A stretch of DNA of 64,000 nucleotides from Octopus sinensis (taxonomy: Eukaryota). The notes below the pieces were generated by a model. The model searched no databases and was not told where the DNA came from. It saw only the letters and a program-made list of their open reading frames with translations. A program made the translations under genes and the position numbers. Positions 52,262 through 64,000 of this stretch are shown here, piece after piece (position 1 is the stretch's first letter; every line of letters begins with the position of its first letter). The stretch is taken from assembly GCF_006345805.1 (NCBI RefSeq), contig NC_042999.1, positions 136,090,001 through 136,154,000 on the forward strand, given 5' to 3'.

Positions 52262-52778
52262 GATGGGCTTCTTTCAGTTTCTGTCTACCAAATCCACTCA
52301 CAAGGCTTTGGTAGGCCCGAGGCTATAGTAGAAGACACTTGCCCAAGGTGCCACGCAGTGGGACTGAACCCGGAACCATGTGGTTGGTAAACAAGCTACT
52401 TACCACACAGCCACTCCTGTGTCTACTCATGAGTTTCTCACCAAAAGCAACATGATATCACTTCTGCACCCACCCTATTCACTAGATTCTGCACCTGCAG
52501 ACTTACATCTTTTCTCCAAGATGAAAAAGTAGCCCAAAAGTCACTGTTTTCATACCGTTGTTTAGATCCAAGGTGAATCGCAGAAGGTCTTCAACTCAGT
52601 TATGGAAAATGGCTTCCAAGGCCCTCGGCTCAGTTATGGAAAATGGATTCCAAAAGAGGGAGAAACCCTGGGACCAGTGTATTGCTGCACAAGGTGACTA
52701 TTTCAAAGATGATTGAAAATTTAGGTAAATATTTTTTATTACACATAACTAGTCTGGGAACTTTTTGATACCACCTCA
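51421..52778 (+). mobile_element. mariner (DD34D-type) element, internally deleted, with SINE insertion
   Basis: TA TSDs; ~30-bp TIRs CGAGATGGTATCAAAAGATTCCTGGACTAGT / ACTAGTCTGGGAACTTTTTGATACCACCTCA; FFDIHGIVH, HDN, HPPYSLDSAPAD motifs. Confidence 0.9.
51993..52425 (-). mobile_element. SINE family A, young full-length copy inside mariner
   Basis: Retains CpGs; complete head and tail. Confidence 0.92.
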
Positions 52779-53919
52779 TATATATGCAAGTTAGCAGCTC
52801 CAGTTCTCTGAAGCTACAGAATTTGTTGTGTATATAAACAAACTGGCTACTTATTTCTATGGGATTGCACAAGTGAAGTAGACATCTCTGATGAAGACCC
52901 ACTAAAGTTCAAAAATCAATTAAGGTTATTCTTCATTTTGTCAGTTTAGGTACAAAGCTAAAAATAATGAAATGTTACATGGTGGTAAATTTTGACTTAT
53001 TAATCAGAAAAATAACATTTAAATCTTAATAAGAAAAGTGATTAAAAAAATAAATAAATAAATAATTAGATAAAATAAGAAGAAACATAAAAGACAAAAC
53101 TATAGACAGTTTGTTGTATATAGGTTGAATGGATGTGAAAGCTCTGTGTTCTGCTTACTAATTATACAGACACACACAAAACACTTATACTGAATACAAG
53201 ACTGTATTCTTGTTTAACTCTTTTTTTGCAAGGTTTCTTTGTATTGTAATATTGTCATGTGTCATGATGTTTACAACTTTCATGTTTGCAATCAAATTTA
53301 TAAACCACTTTGGTCATTAGTAGCTTGTTTGTGAGTTCACATACCTATTGTTTTGTTACTGAAGGTTTTTTTTTTAATTTTAGTGCTTTTGTAGTTATTT
53401 ATTTGTGTAAATTTATGGTTTGTTATGATGCATTATGTATTTTGTTTTACAAGACTTTTGATAATGCATTCATCTATTGAATACTTAGTATTTCTGTAAT
53501 ATATGTGCTTTGTATATTTTTCATATGTGTGATGTCTAGCTTATATCCTACTGTGTTGTATTTTTTCTTGAATTGTTCTAATGTTTGGTCTTTTACTTTG
53601 TTGAATACACATCATTAATTAGCATTTGTTTTTTATTTTGTGAATTTCTATATCTAGGACTTAGTTTGTGAAGGAGAACCTCAATGGTTTTCTATGTAAG
53701 GAATTTACCATTGACATTTTGTATCTAGGGAAACTCTATGATTCCAAGTAAGTTTCTACACTTATGTCTTTGGTGTAAAAAGATATGTTGTTTTCTATCT
53801 GAATGTTTCAGGTCTCAGTTCTTATACAAAGGAGCAAATTCAATGTATTACACCATACAACATGACAAAACTATATAGGAAAATATTAACAGACAACACA
53901 TTTATATTATTATTTTCTT

Positions 53920-54140
53920 CCTTAATTTATTTCAGTCATTAGACTGTGGCCATGCTGGGCCACTGCCTTGAAGGGTTTAGTAGAATAAATCAACACCAGT
54001 ACTTACTTCTTTTTTTTTTACATCTGGCACTTATTTTATTGATCACTTTTGCTGAAGTGCTAAGTTACAGCGATAAAATCAAACCAACACTAGTAGTCAA
54101 GTGGTAATGAGGGACAAACAGAAACACAGACACACAGACA
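53920..54140 (-). mobile_element. SINE family A tail half
   Basis: Reverse match. Confidence 0.75.
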
Positions 54141-54439
54141 TGTACATACACACACACATACATACATGCGTATGTAATAGTTAATGAATATACAACAAAA
54201 AGTTATGCATTCATTAACATGGGTAAAGATGAATATATTACAAATAATAACAATTTTCTGAATGACAAAAATAAATTCATGAAGATTAGAGAAGACAATA
54301 CCAACATATTGTCAGGTAATCCAAGATACTTGGTATATATGAAGTCCTCCTCAACCATCCTACCTGTCACTATATATGAAAAAGTCACTCCTCAATCTTC
54401 CTTCTGATTATTCCTCTTGGGAATCCTTAGGTTTACATT

Positions 54440-54750
54440 GGGAAGGCTGTATGGAATTCTTACCTACTTCCTTCATATTGAGCATGGTCGCTGCACAATT
54501 GACAGTGAAATCCTCTCTTCTTACCTGAAAACTAAAACTTCTGACTTATTACATTTGACTGAGTAACCTGAAAGCTAAAAGGTTAAACTGCTCTAGCTAT
54601 AATGGGTGGGAGATGAGAACTGAGTTCTGATAGACTCCTGCCTGCATACTAAATTTCTTGTTGAACTTACTGCTAACTCTCACCTTGCTGACATCATCTT
54701 GGTATAAAGCTTGAAATGGCACCTATAAAGCATTTATCTATTCCTAGTTT
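54440..54750 (-). mobile_element. ancient RTE-PHD fragment
   Basis: Minus strand SKVRV, GVYQNSVL and PCSI..VGKNS. Confidence 0.6.
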
Positions 54751-55612
54751 TTTTTTTTCTATAGTATCCATCATAATTAATGTAGTTATAGTTTTTTCTG
54801 TATTTTGATAGAAATAATGTTTATATCCAATGTGTTTCCTTTACACATACACATACAAAAATATATAAATACACATAAATAATAAGAATTTCTTTGTGCG
54901 TCTAAAAGGTCTTGCTGAATATAGATGGCTATATGAGAAGTAATTAGCTTATAGTTAGTCAAAAATTTGATTTTTTAAAAATTGGTTGGGAGGAGTGTTA
55001 TTTGTTGTTTTGTGCACATATGTGTCAATAGAGTTATTGAAGAATGCTAGAATCTTAGAAAAATTAGTTATTTGCTTATCAATAGTTGGTATTAGTGCAA
55101 TAATTGTGTGAAATTCAATTATGACTTTTGTTTTTAATCAAGTTTTTTTTTTGTCTAGTGCTGTGTGGTGTTCACCTACTTTCTCTTTCGCATACTAACC
55201 TTGGCCTTTAACACTTTCACTCTGAAGATGACTTCATGTCTGGCAGGAAAGCTCAGTTAATCTCCTGTCTTCACTTAGTATAGAACATATGCCATACCTT
55301 CTTTCTACATCATAAGAAACTATGAAGAGTGCAATATGAAGCTGGTAAATAGACTTTCGACTCATTTGATCAACCAAACATACATAAATGAAAGGATGTA
55401 TCATATTTACATAAACACACGCATACACACATAATCACACACTTGTTTTCCCAAACCAATGCTGCTTTATTATTACTACAAGTTCCATTTGATTAAATGC
55501 TATTTGAAGAGTGTATGACAAAGTAAATGCAATCTACATTCTATATTGAATAGTTTGTACTTTTCATTTCTAAACAGAAGCATATACATAAAAATATGCA
55601 AATGTACGGAAG

Positions 55613-55614
<2 letters not shown>

Positions 55615-55646
<32 letters not shown>

Positions 55647-55773
55647 CACACACAAATATATATATAAATAAATATATATACATATATAAATATTTGTATA
55701 TATAAATATATATATGTATATATATATAAATATATATATACATATATATTTGTATATATATAAATATATATAC

Positions 55774-55817
<44 letters not shown>

Positions 55818-55953
55818 TGATACCTGATACAAAGAAAGGCTAAATGTGCAAAGCTTATATGTATGAGTGTATGTGTGTGTGTGTGTGTCTATGTTCCTAA
55901 AAAGAATTTAATACATAATACAAAAAGGGCTAAATGCATAAATGTAAAGTTTA

Positions 55954-55984
<31 letters not shown>

Positions 55985-56170
55985 CTTACACTTTCAAACA
56001 CCCATGTATACATACCTATATATCTCACTCTATATATACATGCATGTGTGTATGTGTGTGTGCATGTGTGTGTGTGTGCAGTATATACATATATATAAAT
56101 ATATATGCATGTCTGTTTTTAATATACACAGTATAATATCTAATAACAAATAAGTATATATACACACACA
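55615..56170. repeat. (CA)n/(TA)n/(TG)n microsatellite cluster
   Basis: Seen directly. Confidence 0.95.
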
Positions 56171-58059
56171 CACCTTTCATACATACACATAAAATCTCAT
56201 TATTTTCATTTTAATTTCATTTCATAATGTTATGAAAAATATTTCTGCTTGTTCAATAGCATTATTCATCTTTTACAATTTTGTTTAATAAAATACTTTT
56301 CATATCATCTAAAATTAATTTATTGATCACATAAACATACAAATTATTATGTATTTCTAACCTGTAGCATTTGATAAACTTGTTTTATATACAACAGTTA
56401 TTCACTGAGTGAATGAAGTTTAAAGTATGACATGAAACCACCAGCCAGCAACACTCAATCAGAATTTTCAAATGCAGACATAGTTTTAAGCCTATGACAA
56501 GATGATAAAAATTATAATCTGTTACACTAAAAAGCTAACTGTACAGCCCTCCATTTTTTCTGTTGTTGGTGCTTATTTCCAGAGTTCTCTAAGTGTTATT
56601 AGCAAACATTATTTTATCTTTATGACATGGTAGCAGCACTGATTATAAAATGGATGATATCTTCATGATTTACTTCTTTTTTTTTATTTTTATAGTTCAG
56701 AACAAAACCTTTCATGCTAACTAAGCTACCACTTTCCAAAATTTATTTTTGCAGATTTGAACATTTACCGTTAGATGTATGCTTTTTCTATTGGTAACGA
56801 CTCAACCACTTAAGAGACTAAAAGTGCATGCCTTGCCTATGGGAACAACACAGCTGTTGTATCAAACTTTTAAACTAGACCAATGTGGTATACTGACCAT
56901 TCCAGCACCTTAACCTTACAAACATTGTACCACTCATTATATATATATATACATATATATATATGTGGATGCCTACATACTGGCAGGCAATTTGACAAGC
57001 TGATATCAATCATTCTTTGAAGTTAACAATGAAATAAGTAAGATATGTGCATCTATCATATTTTTAATCTCTGATTAATAACATACCACAAAAAAAAAAA
57101 TTACATTTAAGTTCTAAGATTTTTCTAGAGGCAGGAATTCAATAAAGTGTTGTGCTCATGCATTGATTAGGTCATGTCATAACATACCAATGCAATTCCT
57201 CGGATGATTTTTCTTTCATCTCATACAGATATAGGATTTACACATAAAATGACAAGCTTGCTACCTGCTGGCTAGTCTATGACAAAGTGGAAAGTATTGA
57301 ATTCACTAGCGTTGAGACTATTAATCAGCTTGCATTCTTTATGTTTCTCAATGCATTCACTGCTTCCTTTTTTTGTTTTTTCTTATTTAGGATGTATCCA
57401 TAAATTTTCTGTTTAAAGTGGTTATCAATACTTTCAACAAGTTCATCTTCAAATAACCAATCAAATCAGATTTACTCATTGCAGAAAAAATCTCTGTACT
57501 ATTAAAATGGTTAATAAAAACAAGACCTTTAAATACAACCAAATTTTGCCATGTGAAAAGGCACAAATAATATAGTTAAAAATGTGTCCTCAAGAATAAT
57601 ATTTTGTCTTATAGGAACAAAGTGATGAACAGAGTTTATTACATACAATCCTATAGAATATTTTGAAACTCAGAAAGCACACATAAAAGAAACCTGAAAA
57701 GAAAAGGTAAAGGAAAGAGAAAGAGGTGGCAAGAAAGGAGTGAAAAAGGGAGAAAACATAGAGAATGAAGATAAAAAGAGGGAAATCATTTCAAAAGCTT
57801 TAAATTGAGTAATTTGAACGAGAAATGTTAAAAAATAACAAACAGACAAGGAAAAAGTTCTAGTGTATTTTCAGCACTATTTTATCTCTCTTTTCAACTC
57901 CATTCCAGCTACACCCACCCACTCTTCTATAATGAGGGTATCCATGTAGCTTTTTTACACCAAGAAACCTCTTCTGTTCTCTGTTCTTTTATACTTTAAC
58001 CCCTCATGTAGCATAAAACAACCTTCCTCTTTACTATAGCTCCACTTAGTCAGAGGGGA

Positions 58060-58275
58060 TCTTTGTCTTGTATGCTGCATATGATCTAACTAGTGCAGGT
58101 GTCAAGAAAAAAAAGTACTCAGTACACTCTGTAAAGTGGTTGGCAGTAGGAAGCGCATCCAGCAGTAGAAAGCATGCCAAAACAAATATTGGAATACAAT
58201 GTAGTCCTCAAACCCACTGGATTCTGTCAAACTGTCCAACTCCTGCCAGCATGGATAATGGCTGTTAAAGGATGG
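58060..58275 (+). mobile_element. diverged RTE-tail element
   Basis: CTGTAAAGTGGTTGGC..GCATCCAGC..CTGTCCAAC..GCCAGCATGG. Confidence 0.7.
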
Positions 58276-58819
58276 AAGGACTGAAATGTGAAATATTACT
58301 AACTTACAAAAAATATCATTAACTAATAAGTGTCATGCTTTGCCTTATGCCTCTAATTTTTGATGAAATTGTAAGGGAGCTGTTATGACATGTAACATAT
58401 TTTGGCATTTTTAGGCCTGATGGAGCTTTAGTAGAGTAAATGCTTTAATTTTTATGGTGTATGCATTGTAACAAGAACTATAAATAATTCTCAAAGCAGC
58501 ACCTTTATGCAAATTAACTTCAACATATATGTGAGGTTTGGCAGCATTCTGTAAGTAGTGATAAGCTGTCAGCTGCCAGTAGAATGACAGATTTAAGTGG
58601 ACATTGATGAATGATAATAAGCCTGATCAGTTTTTTCACTCGGTGTGTTTGCAAAACTCATTCATCTAACAAGATGTTATATATATATTGAGAGAGAAAG
58701 AGAGAGAGAGAAAGATTAGTCACTCCATATATGTCTATCATATATATATATATATATATATAAATAAACTGATAACTGAAAATTTCGTTTTATGTTGTAC
58801 TTAGTTTTAAAAGAATAAT

Positions 58820-58990
58820 TGCTTTCAAGTTTTGGCACAAAGCCAGCAATTTCAAAGGAGGGGTAGGTTGATTAGAGTAACTACAGTGCTCGACTGGTAC
58901 TTATTTTATTGACCTCAAAAGGGAGAAAGGCAGAATTTGTACTCAGAATGTACCAGCATGCTAGTGATTCTGCCAGCTCAACACCTTACA
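58820..58990 (-). mobile_element. SINE family D fragment
   Basis: Matches 59400-59578 and 63095-63293. Confidence 0.7.
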
Positions 58991-59053
58991 GTTTTAAAAG
59001 AATTATTAACTAAAGTTAATTCCTACAATTCAACCAATTCAACAACAGTTTTC

Positions 59054-59254
59054 TTAACACTTTTGTTGCCACATTTCTGTTGAAAATTACGAAATATTTA
59101 AAGAAATAACTTTGTCATTATTAAGCTGCTGTTTGGAACATAAATTATTATGAAAATTTGATGGATAGGTTTAATATAAACCATTTTAAATCAGGAATTT
59201 TGTGCCATAGAATTAGAGACAGAATGAGACATGTTGGTATCTAAAAAAGGTTAA
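59054..59254. mobile_element. diverged relative of the TTAA MITE at 28104
   Basis: TTAA ends; shared AAATAACTT..TTAAGCT..GGAACATAAATT interior. Confidence 0.55.
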
Positions 59255-59399
59255 TTTGTTGAGATTATTCTATAATTATTCCAGTTCTTTTTCTCCCTTT
59301 TCACATAACTTTTATTTAATCCCCCCACACTTTTAAAAGGTTCCTCAGATTGTTACAATCAATACAATTAGCTTCAACATGATTATCAATATAATCACT

Positions 59400-59578
59400 T
59401 CTACTATGGGCATAAGGCCTAAAATTTTAGAGGCAAGGGCTAGTCAATTAATTTGACCTCAGTACTCAACTGCAGAATGAAAGGCAAAGTTGATGCTGGT
59501 GGAAGTTGAACTCAGAATGTAAAGAGCTGGAAGAAATTTTATCCAACATGCAAATGTTTCTGCCAGCTTGCTGCCTTA
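59400..59578 (-). mobile_element. SINE family D
   Basis: Reverse head AGGCAGCAAGCTGGCAGAA, TTCTGAGTTCAA, ACTTTGCCTTTCAT core. Confidence 0.75.
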
Positions 59579-59841
59579 TTATTATCAATATACTACTACA
59601 ATATTATGATTGCTACTATTCTTATAGAATTCAATTATCTAATTGCTGAGGGTATTTCTAGTTCTTCAGTGACTTTTGGTCTCTATTTTTATAATTTATT
59701 CTGCATACTCACAACCCTCACTTCTACTTACTTCCCCTTCGACTATTTCGTAAGGATTAAACTTTTTTAAGATTTTTATTAATGGAGAAGATATTAATAT
59801 TTAAAAAGTATTTTTTAAAGCTAACTTTGAAAGTATGTTAC

Positions 59842-59931
<90 letters not shown>

Positions 59932-60107
59932 GAATTAGAAAAAAAACACCTTTTATCAATTCAACAATAGAAAAATTTAGTTATACCATATAGAAAAAAA
60001 TTACATCCTATAGATAAAATTAAATATAAGATAAAAACATATACCAATGATTAAGTAATGCACAGAATAATAAATAAAATGTATATACGTATATATTTGG
60101 TAAAATG

Positions 60108-60154
<47 letters not shown>

Positions 60155-60519
60155 TTAGTCATTCCCTATATGTCTATCATATTTCATTAAAAGAACCAGA
60201 ATTCATAATTCAGTGTTATTTAAAAATTTCACTGCTAAATTCCCAAAGTATATAATGGTGATGGTTATGATGATGATGATAATGATGAAATGATGATGTT
60301 CCCCATCAAAATTATAATGACAAAATAATAAGGATAAAACTTATTAAAAATGATAACGACCATGAAGGCGATGATGATGAAATAATGATGATGATAGTGA
60401 TGGTGATGGTTTTGATGATTGTTACTATGATCATCATTTCTATAATCATTCCAGATAAAAAAAAATCATAAAAGTTAATTTTTTCACATAGTTTTAAATG
60501 AAATAGTTCAAGATAAAAT

Positions 60520-60740
60520 TCTTTAGCATCTAAACCGTCCATATCTGGTCCAAACATTCCACCTGTTTCATGATTGAACTGGCCAGATCTGGCCTCTCAC
60601 ACCTATCCTACAATGTCATTAAAAATTATCCAATCACACATCAAAATCTCAATGCTGTGAGATAATCCATGATTAATTCAAAACAACATGAATAAATAAG
60701 TATCACATTTGACAGAGTAGTCTAAATACTAAAAGTTTAA
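60520..60740. mobile_element. uninterrupted copy of the TTAA MITE split at 3334-4414 (opposite orientation)
   Basis: GCCAGATCTGGC, CCTACAATGTCATT and CATGATTAATTCAAAACAA match both halves. Confidence 0.7.
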
Positions 60741-61121
60741 GCATCACCTACCTAATATCTTTTACTTCTTCTAGTCATTGGACTATGGCCATACTGGGGC
60801 ACTGCCTTAGAGAATTATTTTTTTAGTTGAATGAATCATTCCTAGTGCTTAGTTTTTAAAGCCTAGTACTTCTTCTACTGGTCATTTTTTTGCTAAACTA
60901 CAAAGTTTGTAGTACTTATTCTATTGGTCATTTTTTGCTGAACTACAAACTTTGTAGTTCAGCAAAAAATGACCAATAGAATAAGTACTAGGCTTCAAAA
61001 ACTAAGCACTAGGAATGATTCATTCAACTAAAAAAATAATTCTATAAGGCAGTGCCCCAATATGGCCATAGTCCAGTGACTAGAAGAAGTAAAAGATATT
61101 AGGTAGGTGATGCTTAAACTT
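60733..61121. repeat. long inverted repeat (fold-back palindrome)
   Basis: ~170-bp near-identical outer arms; perfect 40-bp inner arms around C60950. Confidence 0.95.
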
Positions 61122-61204
61122 GACTGGCTGTCAAGTGGTAGTGGGGAACAAGCACAGACACAAAAACACACACATAAGGACAGATAAACACACACACACA
61201 CATA

Positions 61205-61815
61205 TGTGGAGGCAATGACAAGTGACTGCAACCTATGGCAATATGCCATGCTTGAGAAGTCCCACCAAGCCAAGTAAAAATGTAGTCATGGTTGATGCCA
61301 GTGTTGCATAACTGGCACTTGAGCCAGTGACATGTAAAAAGCACCTTTCGAACTTGTGCTACTGGAATGTAAAAAGCACCCATCAAATGTTGGACTATAT
61401 GCTGTGCTTGAGAAGACCCATCAAGCCAAGTGAAATCATAATTATGGCCAGTGCCAGTGTTGCATAACTGACACCTGGGCCAGTAGCATGTAAAAAGCAC
61501 CCTTCGAACTTTGGGCCTCATGGATGCAGTGACAAGCAACAAGGACCTTTGGGAATATTTCCATGCTTGAGAAGACCTGTCAAGCCAAGTGACAATGCAG
61601 TTGTGACTGATACCAGTGTTTCATAATTGGCACCCATCAGTGGTACATAAAAAGCACCGACTACACTCTCGGGGTGGTTGGCATTAGGAAGGGCATCCAA
61701 CTGTAGAAACCATGCCAAATCAGACTAGAACTTAGTGCAGCTCTCCAGCTTATGAGTTTTCAGTCAAACCGTCCAACCCATGCCAGCATGGAAAACGGAC
61801 GTTAAATGATGATGA
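61205..61815 (+). mobile_element. RTE-PHD 3' end with triplicated ORF-end/UTR module, inside SINE A (tail from 60757, head 61815-61977)
   Basis: Three GCTTGAGAAG..CAAGCCAAGT modules, then terminal motif and (GAT)n. Confidence 0.85.
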
Positions 61816-62379
61816 TATATACAACAGACTTCTTTCAGTTTCCATCTACCAAATCCACTCACAAAGCTTTGGTTGGCCCAAGACAATAGGAGAAGACACT
61901 TGTCCAGGATGCTACACCGTGAGACTGAACCCAAAACCATGTGGTTGAGAAGCAAGCTTCTTACCACACAGCCACACTTTATAATTGAACTTCCACTCCT
62001 TTTTACACAATGAATGAATAAAGCTCATATCAAATATCAGACGTGGGTTGGTCCCATACACAGATACAGAAACGGTGTTGTAGTGTGTGCAACAAAGACA
62101 GCAAAACAGTTATGTACACTGAAGACAGGTCACAATATGTACAACAGAGACAATGTGTATAACAAGGACAGCATGAGAATGTATACAAGTAAGATGGTGT
62201 AGCAGAGATAGTGCCATAGTATGTGTAGGGACTGAGATGATTGGATGTGGCAATTTGAACATTGATAATTTGGCATGGCTAATGGGATATTCAACCTGTG
62301 TTGGTAATAATATATTTTGCTGAAGAAGACAAATAGACAGACACATACACATGTGTGCAGAAGTATATACATGGAGAGA

Positions 62380-62405
62380 GAGAGGGTGGGAAGAGGCTGG
62401 CAGGT

Positions 62406-62445
<40 letters not shown>

Positions 62446-62710
62446 GAAGAGAGAAAGGGTAAAGGAAGAGAGATACAGGCAGAGAGAGAGAGAGAAGGAA
62501 AGAGTGAGAGAGAGAAGGAAAGAGTGAGAGAGAGAAGGAAAGAGTGAGAGAAGGAAAGAGTGACAGAGAGAGAGAGGCAGGAGAGGGGGAGAGATGTAGA
62601 AAGAGGTAGAGAGAGACACACAGGAAGAAGGAGAGAGGGTATGAGAGAGGGATAGAGTAGGAGATAGAGGTTAGAGAAGACAAGAGATATGTTAAAGTGA
62701 GAGAGAGAGA
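62380..62710. repeat. GA-rich polypurine tract with GAGAGAAGGAAAGAGT units
   Basis: Seen directly; explains the SL-rich ORFs. Confidence 0.9.
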
Positions 62711-63094
62711 AAGACAAAATGTTTGATAATAATAATAATAATTGTCGAACCAGCCATGCCAAAATAGGTGGCACCAAAACATCTCATACTCTTGTATACA
62801 ATAGAGAGGGTGTCACAGTATGTACAATAGAACAGTATCACAAATTTATGTAACAAGGAAAGTGTCACAAATGTATGTGACAGTGTATGTGAACAGTGTC
62901 ACAAATATATGTCACAAGGAAAGTGTTGATAAAGAAAGTGTCATTGTGTCAGTATCAGAGACTGTCCCATATGGTGTACAAGAATAACAATGTATATGAG
63001 ATAATATAATTGTTATAATAGTTACACTAGTTATCTAATAGTTATCATAATAGTTATAATAGTTATCATAACTTTTCTGTTATCAGTATTATAA

Positions 63095-63293
63095 TATTGG
63101 TTTCAAATCTTGGCACAAGGCCAGCAAGTTCAGGAGAGGGGTAAGTAGATTACATTGACCCCCAGTGCTCAACCCTGAAGGGATGAAAGGCAAAGTTGAT
63201 CTTGGCAGAGTTTGAACTCAGAACATAAAGATGTATGAAATGCTACTGAACATCTTGCCTGACACAGTTACAATTCTGCCAACTTGCTGCCTT
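63095..63293 (-). mobile_element. SINE family D
   Basis: Reverse head, CTGAGTTCAAACTC B-box region, TTTGCCTTTCATCC core, CTTGTGCCAAGATTTGAAACC end. Confidence 0.8.
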
Positions 63294-63414
63294 AATCAAT
63301 ATTAAAACACTGATAATAGAAATGTTATAATACCACAATAAAAGTCATAACTGGGGAAAACCAGTATTATTGAAGATGATAGTAATACCGAACATGAAAT
63401 ATTTAAAAAAAGTA

Positions 63415-63420
63415 ATAATG

Positions 63421-63459
<39 letters not shown>

Positions 63460-63478
63460 TAATAATAATAATAATAAT
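63415..63478. repeat. (AAT)n microsatellite
   Basis: Seen directly. Confidence 0.95.
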
Positions 63479-64000
63479 AGGATATCATTTTTGAATTTAA
63501 AACATTACCTTAGAAATATTTAATCAGCATTGATATTAGAATCCATAACAACAGCCTTAATGAAGTTAAATCGTGATCATAATAGTAACCTCAATTATGA
63601 TTATATTCAAGTTATAACAGTTAAATATCATAGTAGTGACCGTGCTGAAGTGGTAATTGCTGTAATAAGGCCCAGCATAATCACAGGTGAGTAGAATGAA
63701 ACCAATCAAAAGGTAAAATAAAGTCATCATTGTGGAATTATAACCAATAGTAAGTATATTATTACAGGTACTTGAGGCTTTGCCTCTTGCATGCCAAGAA
63801 GTGACATAGAATCCAAGGTACAATTGTAATTATAATGAAGCTTAAACAGTGAACATAATGAAATTATAATGATTGCATTTGCAAATATAATAAAGTTATA
63901 ATGATGATTATACTAACAGTAATAGTAACGAAGTTATAGTTGTTATCAAATAGAATTCACACGATGAAGTTATAGTAGTGATTATAATAGTGACTGTAGT

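Noticed and set aside
63566-63823. 85-aa minus-strand ORF
   Set aside because: Lies in degenerate AAT-rich sequence; no recognisable domain or convincing splice sites

Overview
AT-rich, microsatellite-dense animal DNA with no recognisable host protein-coding gene; it is probably intergenic or one long intron. The SINE and LINE families resemble those of Octopus (coleoid cephalopod); this is inferred from recall, not a database search. The main feature is a young, 5'-truncated RTE-clade LINE (18870-22281, +). Its reverse transcriptase has a complete C4HC3 PHD finger inserted between RT subdomains 6 and 7, and its only two lesions are single-G losses in G runs. An older copy faces it tail-to-tail, and further fragments are scattered through the window. 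Also present: two other RTE-like families, R4/Dong and CR1-group relics, maT (DD37D), mariner, pogo-like and hAT remnants, TTAA and hAT MITEs, and five tRNA-derived SINE families. Unexplained structures include a 389-bp fold-back palindrome, template-switch palindromes at one SINE hairpin, a minimal hammerhead-like motif, a 64-nt hairpin and a duplicated hairpin-rich 290-bp unit. Most ORFs in the supplied track are repeat artefacts. Boundaries of degraded repeats are approximate.
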